From Nitrospinota bacterium (GTDB lineage: Bacteria > Nitrospinota_A > UBA7883 > JACRLM01), in NCBI GenBank assembly GCA_015231995.1, contig JADGAO010000001.1:1-52612 (forward strand): a DNA stretch of 52,612 nt. Reading direction: 5' to 3'. This document shows positions 8,151 through 18,016 of the stretch, piece by piece. Positions within the stretch are counted from its first letter, which is position 1. Every line of letters begins with the position of its first letter. The notes under the pieces were generated by a model that saw only the letters and a list, made by a program, of their open reading frames with translations, did no database searches and was not told the origin of the DNA. The translations under genes and the position numbers were made by a program.

Positions 8151-9751
8151 CCCTCCACCCGCAGGAATTTCCCATCCTGCTTTACAAGAACCGATTGAGG
8201 AATCGCAATCTCGTTGGCGCGTTCCAACGCCTCGTCAACGCTGGCGGGAGGTTCGGTTCCCGCGAGGCGTTTCCATAACCGCCTACCGAAATATCCAGCG
8301 TTCCCGTCAAAGCTCATGTAATGTGGAACCAGCCCCGGAATGTTCCCGCCGTTCTTGTACATAAGGATTATTTTGAGCAGGCGGTTGCCCGCCTTGCTCA
8401 CATGCTCCACGACCTTGGCGCCGGTCACGTTCACCCGTGTCGGTTCAAGGTAAAGGTCGCTCATCCGGGGCGTTTCCTTGCCGGTTTCTTTCTCCGGCGC
8501 CGCTTGTTCAAAAACATGTTCGCAGACGGGACACTGTTTCACCTTCGCGTGAACTATTTCCTTGCATTCGGAGCAAACCTTGGACGGCGCATCGTGAAGG
8601 TTTTCTTTATCGTCTTTCGCCAGCTTGATTCGTGGTTTGTTCGGGTCTCCGTGTTCCCGATAGTTGTTGGCAAGATCAAGAACCAGCAGGTTATCCTTCC
8701 CCTCCGCCGGTCTTGTCCCACGCCCGATCATCTGGACGAACAGAACCGCGCTTTTCGTGGGGCGTAACATCATCACAAGATCAACCTTCGGACAATCCCA
8801 TCCTTCCGTCAGAACCCCGACGTTCGCCAGAATCCTGATATTCCCACCAGCGAATCCGGATAAGACTCTATCCCGCTCCGGCGACCGCATCTCCGAATGA
8901 ACACAGCCAACGGTGAATCCCGCCCGCCCGAACGCCGACTGAACCAGTTTGGCGTGTTCAATCGTCACGCAGAAAACCAGAACATGCCTCCGCTCTTCGC
9001 CGTAAGCCATGTACGATTTGACGGCGGACTCTATATGAGTCGTCCTGCTCATGAACTCCGACAACTGCCCGATGTTGTAATCGCCGGACACCTTGATCCC
9101 CGAAAGGTCAGGCTCGGAGGGAACCTTCGCCCTTATCTTGCACAGATAACCGAGGCTTTGTAGCTCCGCCATAGACACGCGGTAATGGAGTTTCGGGAAA
9201 AGGTTCGTGTAACCGGCCTTGCATTGGCCTCCATAGATATAGCCGTGCCCAAGCCGGTAAGGAGTAGCAGTCACTCCCAACACCCGGAGGCCGGGATAGA
9301 CGCTCTCCATCGCCGCTATTAGCGCGTTATATTGGCCGCCATCTTCTTTCGGCGGGATGTGATGCGCCTCGTCCACTATCAGCAGGTGGAAGACCTCGGT
9401 TCTCATGCGCCGGATAAGCGTCTGAACCGATCCTATGACAACCGGAGCGCCCAGGTTGCAGTCATCCGTTACCGACGCGCAGGCCGTGCCAATCCTGTTC
9501 CATGCCTCCGGCCATACGGCGACCAGTTTGTCCCGCGCCTGCGTTATCAACTCCCGCCGGTGCGCCACAATAGCTATCCGTAATGACGGATACTCCGTCA
9601 GCCAGCGTTTGATAAGCTCGGAAAACAGGATAGTCTTCCCTGCTCCAGTGGCGGCTTGTAGCAAGACGTATTTGTCCTCGCGCAATCCGGCCATAACCGC
9701 GTCAATCGCCTCGTGCTGATATGGCCGGAGTATCATCGCTATTTTTCCCAA
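8144..9751 (-). CDS. Superfamily-2 DEAD/DEAH (ResIII-type) DNA helicase with a C-terminal zinc ribbon
   Basis: 535 aa. LRPYQHEAIDAV; Walker A QAATGAGKT; motif II LLIVDEAHH; motif III TATP; motif VI QMIGRGTR; CSECKEIVHAKVKQCPVCEH. Confidence 0.9.
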   Translation of the reverse strand: MGKIAMILRPYQHEAIDAVMAGLREDKYVLLQAATGAGKTILFSELIKRWLTEYPSLRIAIVAHRRELITQARDKLVAVWPEAWNRIGTACASVTDDCNLGAPVVIGSVQTLIRRMRTEVFHLLIVDEAHHIPPKEDGGQYNALIAAMESVYPGLRVLGVTATPYRLGHGYIYGGQCKAGYTNLFPKLHYRVSMAELQSLGYLCKIRAKVPSEPDLSGIKVSGDYNIGQLSEFMSRTTHIESAVKSYMAYGEERRHVLVFCVTIEHAKLVQSAFGRAGFTVGCVHSEMRSPERDRVLSGFAGGNIRILANVGVLTEGWDCPKVDLVMMLRPTKSAVLFVQMIGRGTRPAEGKDNLLVLDLANNYREHGDPNKPRIKLAKDDKENLHDAPSKVCSECKEIVHAKVKQCPVCEHVFEQAAPEKETGKETPRMSDLYLEPTRVNVTGAKVVEHVSKAGNRLLKIILMYKNGGNIPGLVPHYMSFDGNAGYFGRRLWKRLAGTEPPASVDEALERANEIAIPQSVLVKQDGKFLRVEGW

Positions 9752-10227
9752 GGAAGCTTGTTAGGTCTTGCTACGGGAGGAACCTGGGCGGCTTTGGCTT
9801 GCGCGGTTGGAATCGTTTTGAGGCTGGCGCCGCCTTCAATCGCTTTGAACGACCGGATGACATTCTTTGGCTCGTAGCCCTCCCGTGTCTCCACCCCCAC
9901 GCGGATCATGCAGAAGAGGCCGTGAAACTCCTCCGTGTCCCGGACAAAATTCGGGTTCTTGTGGTTGCAGGCCACGGCCATAGCCTTGAGCCGGGATCGC
10001 CCCACCTCCACAGATTTGTCCGATCCGGAAAGCATTATCCGGTCGAACACCTTCTTGCCGTCGCACTGGCCGCCCTCTATCTCCCATGTCCAGTTAATCA
10101 TGTGGTTGCCGGATTTGGATTTCGTCACTTCGGAGTCAACCACCTTCGCCTTGTACGTGCCTTCCGGCGCAGGCTCGTAAACCGGCGCGTCCGGCGCGTT
10201 TGTCAAATCCATGTCCAGTTCGGCCAT
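9739..10227 (-). CDS. DUF669-family phage protein (putative ssDNA-binding accessory of the Sak4-type module)
   Basis: 162 aa. The N-terminal pattern ...PVYEPAPEGTYKAKVVDSEVTKSKSGNHMINWTWEIEGG... and the position between an AAA_24 ATPase and a helicase are typical of DUF669. Confidence 0.7.
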   Translation of the reverse strand: MAELDMDLTNAPDAPVYEPAPEGTYKAKVVDSEVTKSKSGNHMINWTWEIEGGQCDGKKVFDRIMLSGSDKSVEVGRSRLKAMAVACNHKNPNFVRDTEEFHGLFCMIRVGVETREGYEPKNVIRSFKAIEGGASLKTIPTAQAKAAQVPPVARPNKLPWEK

Positions 10228-10232
10228 CTCCG

Positions 10233-10934
10233 TTACCTCCAGTTGAAAATTTTTTGTTTGATAACCTGCAAGTCCGGTTTCTCCACAAGGTCAAGCCTGC
10301 CGCTCCGGTCTTTCGCCGGTCTGCGTTCATAAGGCTGGGTGAAAAATACCCGCTCCACCGTTCCGCCACTCTCCAGCGTGGTCATGTAAAACACCTCATC
10401 GAAATACGACGTGAGCCGTTCCTTGACCTCTTTCCCGGCCAGCGCTGGCATGTAGTAGATGCGGTTGATGTCGTCTTTATCTTTTTCCTCAAGGCAGGTG
10501 AAGACGACGTTGTACGGCGCCAAATCGCGGAACCCTTTAATCAGAACCGTCATGGAGTCCCGATACCCGCCCCAAAGGTTGAAACTGTCTTTTTTGTCCG
10601 GATATTTCGCCTGATACGCCTCAACGCAACGGCCAGCTATCTCGGTAAGCGAGTCTATGAATATCCAGCGGTAGCGTTCCCTGGCCTGATTGTCGTGCGC
10701 CAGAAAGTCGAACGCCTCCTTGAACTCCGTGAATGTCCCGATCTCGAAACCCTCGATATGCCCCGCCTGCACAAGGTCGCGGACGCATAGCAGGCCGCCT
10801 TCCGCCGACAGGACGCAAACCTTCTCATCAGCGGGGATGGTTCGTAGTAGGGATGTTTTCCCGATTCCAGCCGCGCCAATGACCAAGGCGGTGAACCGCT
10901 CCACGCTGTCCGGCTGGATGATCTTAAGAGGCAC
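10233..10934 (-). CDS. AAA_24 / Sak4-like RecA-fold ATPase (phage recombination/annealing protein)
   Basis: 233 aa. Walker A VIGAAGIGKTS; Walker B WIFIDSLTE. Size and synteny match phage Sak4-like proteins. Confidence 0.8.
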   Translation of the reverse strand: MPLKIIQPDSVERFTALVIGAAGIGKTSLLRTIPADEKVCVLSAEGGLLCVRDLVQAGHIEGFEIGTFTEFKEAFDFLAHDNQARERYRWIFIDSLTEIAGRCVEAYQAKYPDKKDSFNLWGGYRDSMTVLIKGFRDLAPYNVVFTCLEEKDKDDINRIYYMPALAGKEVKERLTSYFDEVFYMTTLESGGTVERVFFTQPYERRPAKDRSGRLDLVEKPDLQVIKQKIFNWR

Positions 10935-11163
10935 GGCTTTTTCCTTCGAGCGCCTTTAGCAAACTCTTGGCGTGATGCAGGCATACATACTGGTCAACCG
11001 AGGGGTTATTGGTTCCGCCCCGGTTGATGTAATTCCGTAAAAGTCTCATACGGCGTTTCGGTGTATGCAACGCCCTGACCGGTGTCCAGGTTCCAAGCTT
11101 GTCCAGAAACTTCTTTTCGTGAACCGTCGTCCAGGATGTCTCCTCTTTTCCATTTCCGTTCAT
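10924..11163 (-). CDS. Hypothetical early protein
   Basis: The listed ORF is 10924..11193. The ATG at 11163 overlaps the upstream gene's stop as ATGA (MNGNGKEETSW...). I recognise no motif. Confidence 0.5.
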   Translation of the reverse strand: MNGNGKEETSWTTVHEKKFLDKLGTWTPVRALHTPKRRMRLLRNYINRGGTNNPSVDQYVCLHHAKSLLKALEGKSRAS

Positions 11164-11546
11164 GTCAATGGCTCCTTGTTTAATACGGGACAATTGGCCG
11201 ACTTATTACAGTAGATCGGCATATTCTCTCTTTCCTTGGCCGGAATCAGCTCACGGGGCAATAAATGTCGAAACCGCGCTGGCCAGTATTGAAAAAGACG
11301 CTTTTTATATTTCTCTTTGATGTTCTCGCTTATCACCCGGTAGATGGCGGGCGAATGTCGTTCACCCTTGAATACCAAGTTCACCAGGGATTTATGGCAT
11401 CCGGCCTTGTCCGCTATCTCCGCTTGGGTAAGGCCGTTTAACTCGATGAGCTTTTTCAACGCCACCAGCTTCGGGTCAATCTTCTTTCTTTTTTCCAACT
11501 CCACTCCTCCTCTTGAGAGGTTCAACAGAGCCACCAACCACGCCAC
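11160..11546 (-). CDS. Cro/CII-like HTH regulator, first gene of the leftward early operon
   Basis: HTH segment LNGLTQAEIADKAGCHKSLVNLV. Divergent from the CI-like repressor. The start is uncertain: the ORF opens with GTG at 11546, but a strong AGGAGG (11504-11510 region) 7 nt upstream of the TTG at 11498 suggests a shorter product of about 112 aa. Confidence 0.7.
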   Translation of the reverse strand: MAWLVALLNLSRGGVELEKRKKIDPKLVALKKLIELNGLTQAEIADKAGCHKSLVNLVFKGERHSPAIYRVISENIKEKYKKRLFQYWPARFRHLLPRELIPAKERENMPIYCNKSANCPVLNKEPLT

Positions 11547-11628
11547 TAATTTATGACTAAATACAGTTTTTTATCAACAGTATCTTGCGGTATTCTGAAA
11601 AATAATGTAGACTGGTTGACATATAACA
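11547..11628. promoter_or_regulatory. Divergent intergenic region of the lysis-lysogeny switch (promoters/operators expected, not resolved)
   Basis: An 82-bp AT-rich spacer separates the divergent CI-like and Cro-like genes. A TTGACA hexamer lies at 11616-11621. I could not define convincing operator repeats by eye. Confidence 0.4.
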
Positions 11629-12312
11629 ATGGATGAAACCACAATGAAAAACAACACGTTCGCCGAGCGGATGCGACAGATAATGAACGACCAGAAAAGC
11701 GTGAACGATTTTTCGATAAAAACCGGCATCTCCGCGAGCCTGCTTAAAGCCTATTTGAACGGGAAATCATTGCCCGGAGTTGACAACCTGCTGAAAATAG
11801 CAAACTCTGCTGGGGTTAGAACCGGTTGGCTTGCCGAAGGCGAGGCTCCAATGTTAAAGGAAGAAGCCGTTCCATACATCGCAAACGCGGGCTTTGGCGA
11901 GGACTACGATCTTGTCAACGTGGTCTCCGGCAGGAGCGGCGCCGGGCCGGGATTTTTGCCCGACGACTCCGTTGAAATGCGGATAGCCTTCCGCAGGGAC
12001 TGGCTCCAGCGCAAAGGCGACCCTAGGCGGATGAGCCTGATCCGGATTCAGGGTGATTCGATGGAGCCGACTTTAAAATCCGGCGACCTTGTTATGGTCA
12101 ATCTTAACCTTAACTACCTAGACCCATCCGGTGGGATTTACGTCATCACAGTGGACGATCACGTGATGACCAAACGAATCCAGATGTTCACCCAAAGCGC
12201 CAAGGTTAAAATCATCAGCGATAACGAGGTTTACGAGACCGTGGAACGGCATGTTGACGATGTTATTGTCAACGGCAGGGTCGTATGGTTCGCAAGGGAG
12301 ATGGAGAGGTAA
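11629..12312 (+). CDS. CI-type prophage repressor (XRE HTH plus S24 LexA-like autopeptidase domain)
   Basis: 227 aa. N-terminal HTH FSIKTGISASLLKAYLNGKSLP. C-terminal S24 signature IRIQGDSMEPTLKSGDLVMVN ... VMTKRI (Ser/Lys dyad). Confidence 0.9.
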   Translation: MDETTMKNNTFAERMRQIMNDQKSVNDFSIKTGISASLLKAYLNGKSLPGVDNLLKIANSAGVRTGWLAEGEAPMLKEEAVPYIANAGFGEDYDLVNVVSGRSGAGPGFLPDDSVEMRIAFRRDWLQRKGDPRRMSLIRIQGDSMEPTLKSGDLVMVNLNLNYLDPSGGIYVITVDDHVMTKRIQMFTQSAKVKIISDNEVYETVERHVDDVIVNGRVVWFAREMER

Positions 12313-12347
12313 GGCAAATTATAGCGATTTATGTGAAGTATTTTGGA

Positions 12348-15300
12348 TCAGGCTCTGTTTTCTGCGTTTTCTTTCCGAATCTGCTCATACACCTCTTTAA
12401 GCAGTTGTTGGCTAACTACCTCGCGGAAACGATCTTCGTTCATGAACTTCGCGGTGATTTCCTCATTCTGCTCCATTCGGTCAATAAAAAGTCCTTCCAG
12501 AGTCTTACGGAAAACATAGCTGAAGTTTTCCATCGTATTGGCAAGAGCCGCCTGGCGGAGGCTACCATCGGCAACAGCGTCCTCACGTATCGACTCGAAG
12601 AACAATTGATCGCCGGGTTTGAACTCCGTACCAAATCGTTCGTTGAGGATATCAATCAGCTTAGATAGATCGATTTCATCTCCCTGGGTGATTCCGGTTC
12701 CGACAGATACGGGACCCGACACCTCGTTACGCTCACCCGGTTGCATGATGATTGATCCCTCGCTGATTTTTTGCAACCGATAGAATTTGAGCGCCACGTC
12801 GTCATCGAAGTTGTAAATCGGCCCCCGATTGCCCCTAGGCAATTTGGCTAGTAGGAACCTGATGTATGAGTAAAGTTTCTCCAGGTCTGAATCCTGAAAT
12901 GGAATTATTTGCGCCATGAAAGAGTATAGGTTCCGGAAAGCCACTAATGTCTTGCGAAACTCCTCGCGCGCCTCTTCGTCAAGGTTGTTGTATCGCCCCA
13001 CGGCGGGATCGATGCAGGCATTCATCCGGGCGTGGTCAGTGGGTGTCTGGTTGTGCTTTGGCTTAAAAAAGACTTTGCAGAACTCCTCAACCTCGGCTTT
13101 GAAGTACACCTGATGAACATCCAGTTTTGCTTGCAACTCATAGAGTTGTTTTGGTTCAGCCCGCTCCCCGATAATCGTCTGCTCATGGTACGGTTGGAAC
13201 GATTTGAGAATCTCCTCTGGGTCGTTCACGAAATCGAGAATGAAGGTGTCTTCCTTGCCGGTGTGCATACGGTTTAGACGTGAGAGTGTCTGAACCGCCT
13301 GGATTCCTGAGAGACGCTTGTCAACATACATGGTGTGAAGTAGCGGCTGGTCAAATCCAGTCTGGTACTTCTCAGCCACAAGTAGTACTTGGTATTCTTC
13401 GGAGCCAAAGCGTTCCGGAAGCTCTTTCTCACGAATTCCTTTGTTCATGCCAACTTCGGTATATTCAATGCCCGGCGCATCGGGATCGAATACCGTTCCA
13501 GAGAAGGCAACCAGAGTCTTGATCCCAGCATATTCCTTTTCAGTAATGTAATTGTCGAATGCCTGCTTGTATTTCACAGCATGGAGACGGCTCCCTGTAA
13601 CCACCATTGCCTTGGCCTTACCGCCGATCTTGTGCATGGTGAAATTACGGAAGTGCTCGACCATAATTTCGGTCTTCTGTGAAATGTTGTGCGGGTGCAG
13701 GCTCATGAAGCGTGCTAATGCCTTGGCAGCCTTGCGTTTCTCCACCTTGGGATCATCCTCGATGGACTTGATAAGCCGGTAGTATGTCTTGTACGTCGTG
13801 TAGTTCTGGAGCACGTCGAGGATGAATCCCTCCTCAATGGCCTGTCGCATACTGTAAAGATGAAAAGGTTCAGGCTTGCCACCAGAGTCCAGAGTGCCGA
13901 AGACCTCAAGCGTTTTATACTTTGGTGTAGCGGTAAAGGCGAAAAAGCTGATGTTAGGTTGTCGTCCGCGCTTGACCATTGTCTTGAGGATTTCTTCCTC
14001 AAAGTCAGCCAAACCTTCTTCCTCGGCTTTCACCCTTGCCTCTTCCTTAATGCCCGCACCTGCGAGAACACCCTTGAGTTCAGCCGCTGTCTCGCCGCCT
14101 TGGGAGCTATGGGCTTCGTCAATAATGACAGCGTACTGGCGCATGGGCAGATCGCCAATCTTATCGGTGACAAATGGAAACTTCTGCAAGGTAGTGATAA
14201 CGATGGGCACGTTTGATCCAAGAGCTTCAGCCAACTGGGTTGAGTTGAGATCAATTTTTTGCACAACGCCTTGTTTATGCTCGAACTGGTAGATCGTATT
14301 TTGAAGTTGCTGATCCAGGACGATGCGGTCAGTAATGACAATAACGGAGTCAAAAACTTTTTCGTCCTTACTGTCGTAAAGACTGGCGAGCCGATGCGCA
14401 AGCCAGGCGATGGAGTTAGATTTACCGCTTCCCGCCGAATGTTGAATCAGGTAGTTGGTTCCAACGCCACGCACACGAGCATCTGCAACGATGGCACGCA
14501 CACAATTGAGTTGATGGTAGCGCGGGAAGATCATTGCCTCGCGTTTGACCTTTTTGCCGCCAAGCTTCTTTTCCTCTATCTGTAGGTGAATGAACCGCGC
14601 CAAAATGTCTAGCAAACTGTGTCGTTCTAATACTTCTTCCCATAGATAGGCAGACTTGTAAGCGCCAGGATTCTCCGGATTACCCGAACCACCGTTACAA
14701 CCCTTATTAAAGGGCAAGAAATGGGTGCTCCTTCCCGATAGGCGCGTGGCCATATAAACTTCATCCGTATCGGCGGCAAAATGCACGAGTGCCCTCTTCT
14801 TGAACTGAAAGATGAGGTCTGAGGGATCACGGTCATTTTTATACTGCGTGATCCCATGCCGCCACGTTTGGCCGGTCATGGGATTCTTGAGTTCTACCGT
14901 AACCACAGGGATGCCGTTTAGCCCCAATGTTACGTCGAGGGTATTGCCATGCCTGGCCGCGTAGCGGAGCTGGCGTGTTATAGTGAGATGGTTTGACGCA
15001 TAGAGATTTTGCGTGTCTGGATTCATACCGCTTGCCGGGGCGAAATAGGCCATGCGGAAGAGCTTACCAAAGCATTTAAATCCATGCCTCAGGACTGAAA
15101 GACATCCTTCATGGTCGGAGTTGAGCGCCCGGCAGAGATCGTCCAGCAAGGTATCCTCTGCCTTATCCTTCTGGATATTTTCGAGGTACTCCCATTCCTT
15201 GGACTGTGTATTTTTGACGAAGGCAATCACATCGGATGGGAATAGACCGCGCTCCTGGTCAAATGCTTCACTGTCACCTTTCTTGTACCCGCCTGTGGTT

Positions 15301-15356
15301 GTCAGGTGGTGTTCAATGGCAGTCTCGAAGGCATGTTCAGTGTGATGACCAGGCAT
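12348..15356 (-). CDS. hsdR: Type I restriction enzyme R subunit
   Basis: 1002 aa. N-terminal nuclease region (ELK-type PD-(D/E)xK). Helicase motif I HSAGSGKS; motif II IIDEAHSSQ; TATP-like FTATP; QTLSRLNR (motif VI). GGAGAAGG lies upstream of the ATG. Confidence 0.95.
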   Translation of the reverse strand: MPGHHTEHAFETAIEHHLTTTGGYKKGDSEAFDQERGLFPSDVIAFVKNTQSKEWEYLENIQKDKAEDTLLDDLCRALNSDHEGCLSVLRHGFKCFGKLFRMAYFAPASGMNPDTQNLYASNHLTITRQLRYAARHGNTLDVTLGLNGIPVVTVELKNPMTGQTWRHGITQYKNDRDPSDLIFQFKKRALVHFAADTDEVYMATRLSGRSTHFLPFNKGCNGGSGNPENPGAYKSAYLWEEVLERHSLLDILARFIHLQIEEKKLGGKKVKREAMIFPRYHQLNCVRAIVADARVRGVGTNYLIQHSAGSGKSNSIAWLAHRLASLYDSKDEKVFDSVIVITDRIVLDQQLQNTIYQFEHKQGVVQKIDLNSTQLAEALGSNVPIVITTLQKFPFVTDKIGDLPMRQYAVIIDEAHSSQGGETAAELKGVLAGAGIKEEARVKAEEEGLADFEEEILKTMVKRGRQPNISFFAFTATPKYKTLEVFGTLDSGGKPEPFHLYSMRQAIEEGFILDVLQNYTTYKTYYRLIKSIEDDPKVEKRKAAKALARFMSLHPHNISQKTEIMVEHFRNFTMHKIGGKAKAMVVTGSRLHAVKYKQAFDNYITEKEYAGIKTLVAFSGTVFDPDAPGIEYTEVGMNKGIREKELPERFGSEEYQVLLVAEKYQTGFDQPLLHTMYVDKRLSGIQAVQTLSRLNRMHTGKEDTFILDFVNDPEEILKSFQPYHEQTIIGERAEPKQLYELQAKLDVHQVYFKAEVEEFCKVFFKPKHNQTPTDHARMNACIDPAVGRYNNLDEEAREEFRKTLVAFRNLYSFMAQIIPFQDSDLEKLYSYIRFLLAKLPRGNRGPIYNFDDDVALKFYRLQKISEGSIIMQPGERNEVSGPVSVGTGITQGDEIDLSKLIDILNERFGTEFKPGDQLFFESIREDAVADGSLRQAALANTMENFSYVFRKTLEGLFIDRMEQNEEITAKFMNEDRFREVVSQQLLKEVYEQIRKENAENRA

Positions 15357-15433
15357 CTAACCTTCTCCATAGGAATTGATTTGGCGGTAAGGGAGCACAA
15401 CTCTCACAAAATCTATTGTTTTTCCAACAAGCA

Positions 15434-18016
15434 TTATATTGCCCCTCCGCCTGTTACTGGAATGCGTATGCGGAGTCTGTCTCTGATTTCTTGATAAATA
15501 GGCAGAGCGATTCCCTCCGCCACTTCCAACGTTACGACCAATCCATAACGTACTGGCTCTGGGATATCTCCTGCTTCAGCCCGACAATTAACTTTGATCG
15601 TAATTTCATTGCCGTCCTGGAAGTCCACTGCACGGTTGCCTTCCAGTACTTCATGTTGCAACGTTCCTCGCGTGACTGCTCTAAAGTCAGCATCCATTCT
15701 GGTTGGCGCAAGATCGTTTTTTGGATCAAACCATAAATGTGCAACTCGGTAGCTCTGCCGTTGGCAATTCACAGGAGTAAGCCATGCGAGCGTGATTGTT
15801 AGACGGCGTTTTTCAGTTACAGCGGAAAGGCTTGGAGGGAGTGGAAAGTGGAATTCATCGGCTTCTCCATCCCCAAGACTGCCGATTCCTATCACGGTGA
15901 CACGTTGATCCGTACAAGTCCCCACCTTTGCTATATCAGCCACACCGTATCCTAGAAACCGTCCAACATGGTCTTTAAATGTCCTACTGGTCACAGAATC
16001 ACTCAGAATTGATTCGTAAAGCGACCATGCCTGTCCCCAATTCGCCCCATGCGCCAGAAGCGCCTTCAGCAGAACCGTGTTGTATCCCTCATGCAAGTTC
16101 GCGCCATGTTGTACACGCAGATCGCTCAAAACATCGAACAAAAAAGCGGCGGCACGGGAGGCCAAGGCGGTTGCGTCGCTTGTTCCCCTGGAATACCCTT
16201 TCCGGTTCAATTCCCCTGAAGGGCCGGGCGAGGCTACACATTGGCCAGGAGGCTGATTGGAGCCTTTGGGCTGTTGCAGGATAGCTTGGCTATGAGTGTT
16301 CCCCATTTTTTCGGTTAAAAACTGTCTACCGCCAGGGAAGAAAATATCTGGTTTTATCGAACGCCGATATCCTAGGCCATGCGCGCTGAAAGTAGAGGGG
16401 ATTCCCTGCCGCGTAAAGGGATCGATTTGGTTGGAATTGGGGTTTAGCGTGGACTTATCCGAATGACTTGCGCCGAGTGTGAGACCATTAATAGTTTCCG
16501 CTGGAGATAGTAGGCGGCGATGTCTCGTATCCGCTACAATCGCCTTTATAATCGCGCTCTCTCTTTCGTTTGCGGACAGATTTCTCAAATCGCTTCTTGG
16601 AATGTCCAATTCGATGTCTTGCGAATGATTGCCAGCGCTGACCATAAAAAGCACGTTGTACTTCCATGAAAGCCAATCCAGCAAACGCCCAAGGGGACTC
16701 ATCTCCCGGACGAACGGTCTGGAACCATCGCAAACAGACAAATTAATCACACGAACACTGGGAGCCACAGGATCGTTGCCATCTTCGATTTCAAATAGGT
16801 GGCGCACTGCGCGATGAATCAAATCCACAGGAAGAACATCCTCTGGTATCTGTTCAAAAAATTGGCCATCGAAACCTCGCAGAGGTTTCATTATTGGGCG
16901 GACATAAACAGTCCTTCCCAAAGGTTGACCGCCCTCGTCCAGTTCGCCATGACAAATGAGGGAAGCCATAGCCGTACCATGAACGCGCTCCTTCGCCTGG
17001 TAGGAGCTTTCATATCCATCTGGATCGTCCACGATCAGCCGTCCATCCAGTAGGCTATGCCCCGTCAAGGGTAAGCCGTCGAACAAAGCGATGATCGGCT
17101 CACTTCCTTTTGGAATGCTTGATTCTCTGTCTTCAAGAGTCTGCGTCTCTGATAAGTCTTCCGGCAGATGAACCGCGCATTGCCCGACAGGTCGCAGATA
17201 CCATATGTCCTCGCATTGAAGTAACCTGACCTCCCTTTGGGCGATAATTTCTTTAACCTGATCTGCCGGAATCCTCCCAAGTATCCCATGATAGGCAATC
17301 TCAGAAATTACGCATTTCTGAACGATTTCACCCCCCAGAGATGTTACGGCCTGGTTAAGGTAAGCTTCCGATTGCTGTCGGCGATTGGCATCTCCTCGAA
17401 ACCATAGTTCGGCCACGAAAGGAACCAGATTTTGCCCATGCGTAATCCGCATCTGCCAGTCTTCGAATAGGCCCGTATCACGGATGCGGTCTTGCGAATC
17501 CCAAGGACGAATAGTGTGCAGGTGTTCGAAGGCATGTTTCATTGGCGCCAATCTGTGAGGAAACTTCTGGTTTGGATTCTGTTTCCACCCACTGAAAAGG
17601 CTCTGCAACTCTTGGAGAGCGCGTTGATCTGTCATTACAAGGAAAAGCTGTCCCTTCAGCCGCTTTTGCGGATCGCTAACATCCTCGAAGCCATCAACAG
17701 GATCAATGTCATCGAGTTCCAATTCAACGAGCCATTCTAGTCCCTCAACCTTCTTCACAGCTTTGATGAAATCGTCGATAGGGCCGACAGTCTCAAGAAC
17801 TAGCGCCTGTTCTGGCTGAAGACCAAGCGTGTTGTTCTGCAAGGCGAGTCTTTGCCGATCTATGGCCTGTTGAAGACGTTGGAATTGAGGAGTTAAACGC
17901 TCGCCTTGTTGCTGAACCGCAGGCAAACGATATTTAGCGCCACCACCGTGGCGTTTGGCGCGTTCGGCTTTGGCCGTTTTAGGGAAAATAAGGATGGGAT
18001 ATTCTGCCATCTTCAC
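15434..18016 (-). CDS. ietS: S8 (subtilisin-family) serine peptidase, IetS-like
   Basis: 860 aa. Catalytic triad contexts ALFDGLP (Asp), HGTAMASLICHG (His), SAGN (oxyanion Asn) and GTSDATALAS (Ser). The 4-nt ATGA overlap with the upstream AAA+ gene implies translational coupling. The pairing matches the IetAS defence system of Gao et al. 2020. Confidence 0.8.
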   Translation of the reverse strand: MKMAEYPILIFPKTAKAERAKRHGGGAKYRLPAVQQQGERLTPQFQRLQQAIDRQRLALQNNTLGLQPEQALVLETVGPIDDFIKAVKKVEGLEWLVELELDDIDPVDGFEDVSDPQKRLKGQLFLVMTDQRALQELQSLFSGWKQNPNQKFPHRLAPMKHAFEHLHTIRPWDSQDRIRDTGLFEDWQMRITHGQNLVPFVAELWFRGDANRRQQSEAYLNQAVTSLGGEIVQKCVISEIAYHGILGRIPADQVKEIIAQREVRLLQCEDIWYLRPVGQCAVHLPEDLSETQTLEDRESSIPKGSEPIIALFDGLPLTGHSLLDGRLIVDDPDGYESSYQAKERVHGTAMASLICHGELDEGGQPLGRTVYVRPIMKPLRGFDGQFFEQIPEDVLPVDLIHRAVRHLFEIEDGNDPVAPSVRVINLSVCDGSRPFVREMSPLGRLLDWLSWKYNVLFMVSAGNHSQDIELDIPRSDLRNLSANERESAIIKAIVADTRHRRLLSPAETINGLTLGASHSDKSTLNPNSNQIDPFTRQGIPSTFSAHGLGYRRSIKPDIFFPGGRQFLTEKMGNTHSQAILQQPKGSNQPPGQCVASPGPSGELNRKGYSRGTSDATALASRAAAFLFDVLSDLRVQHGANLHEGYNTVLLKALLAHGANWGQAWSLYESILSDSVTSRTFKDHVGRFLGYGVADIAKVGTCTDQRVTVIGIGSLGDGEADEFHFPLPPSLSAVTEKRRLTITLAWLTPVNCQRQSYRVAHLWFDPKNDLAPTRMDADFRAVTRGTLQHEVLEGNRAVDFQDGNEITIKVNCRAEAGDIPEPVRYGLVVTLEVAEGIALPIYQEIRDRLRIRIPVTGGGAI

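Noticed and set aside
12285-12668. 127-aa + strand ORF beginning inside the end of the cI gene
   Set aside because: It is antisense to the hsdR C-terminus and overlaps cI in another frame. It has no start context and no motifs.
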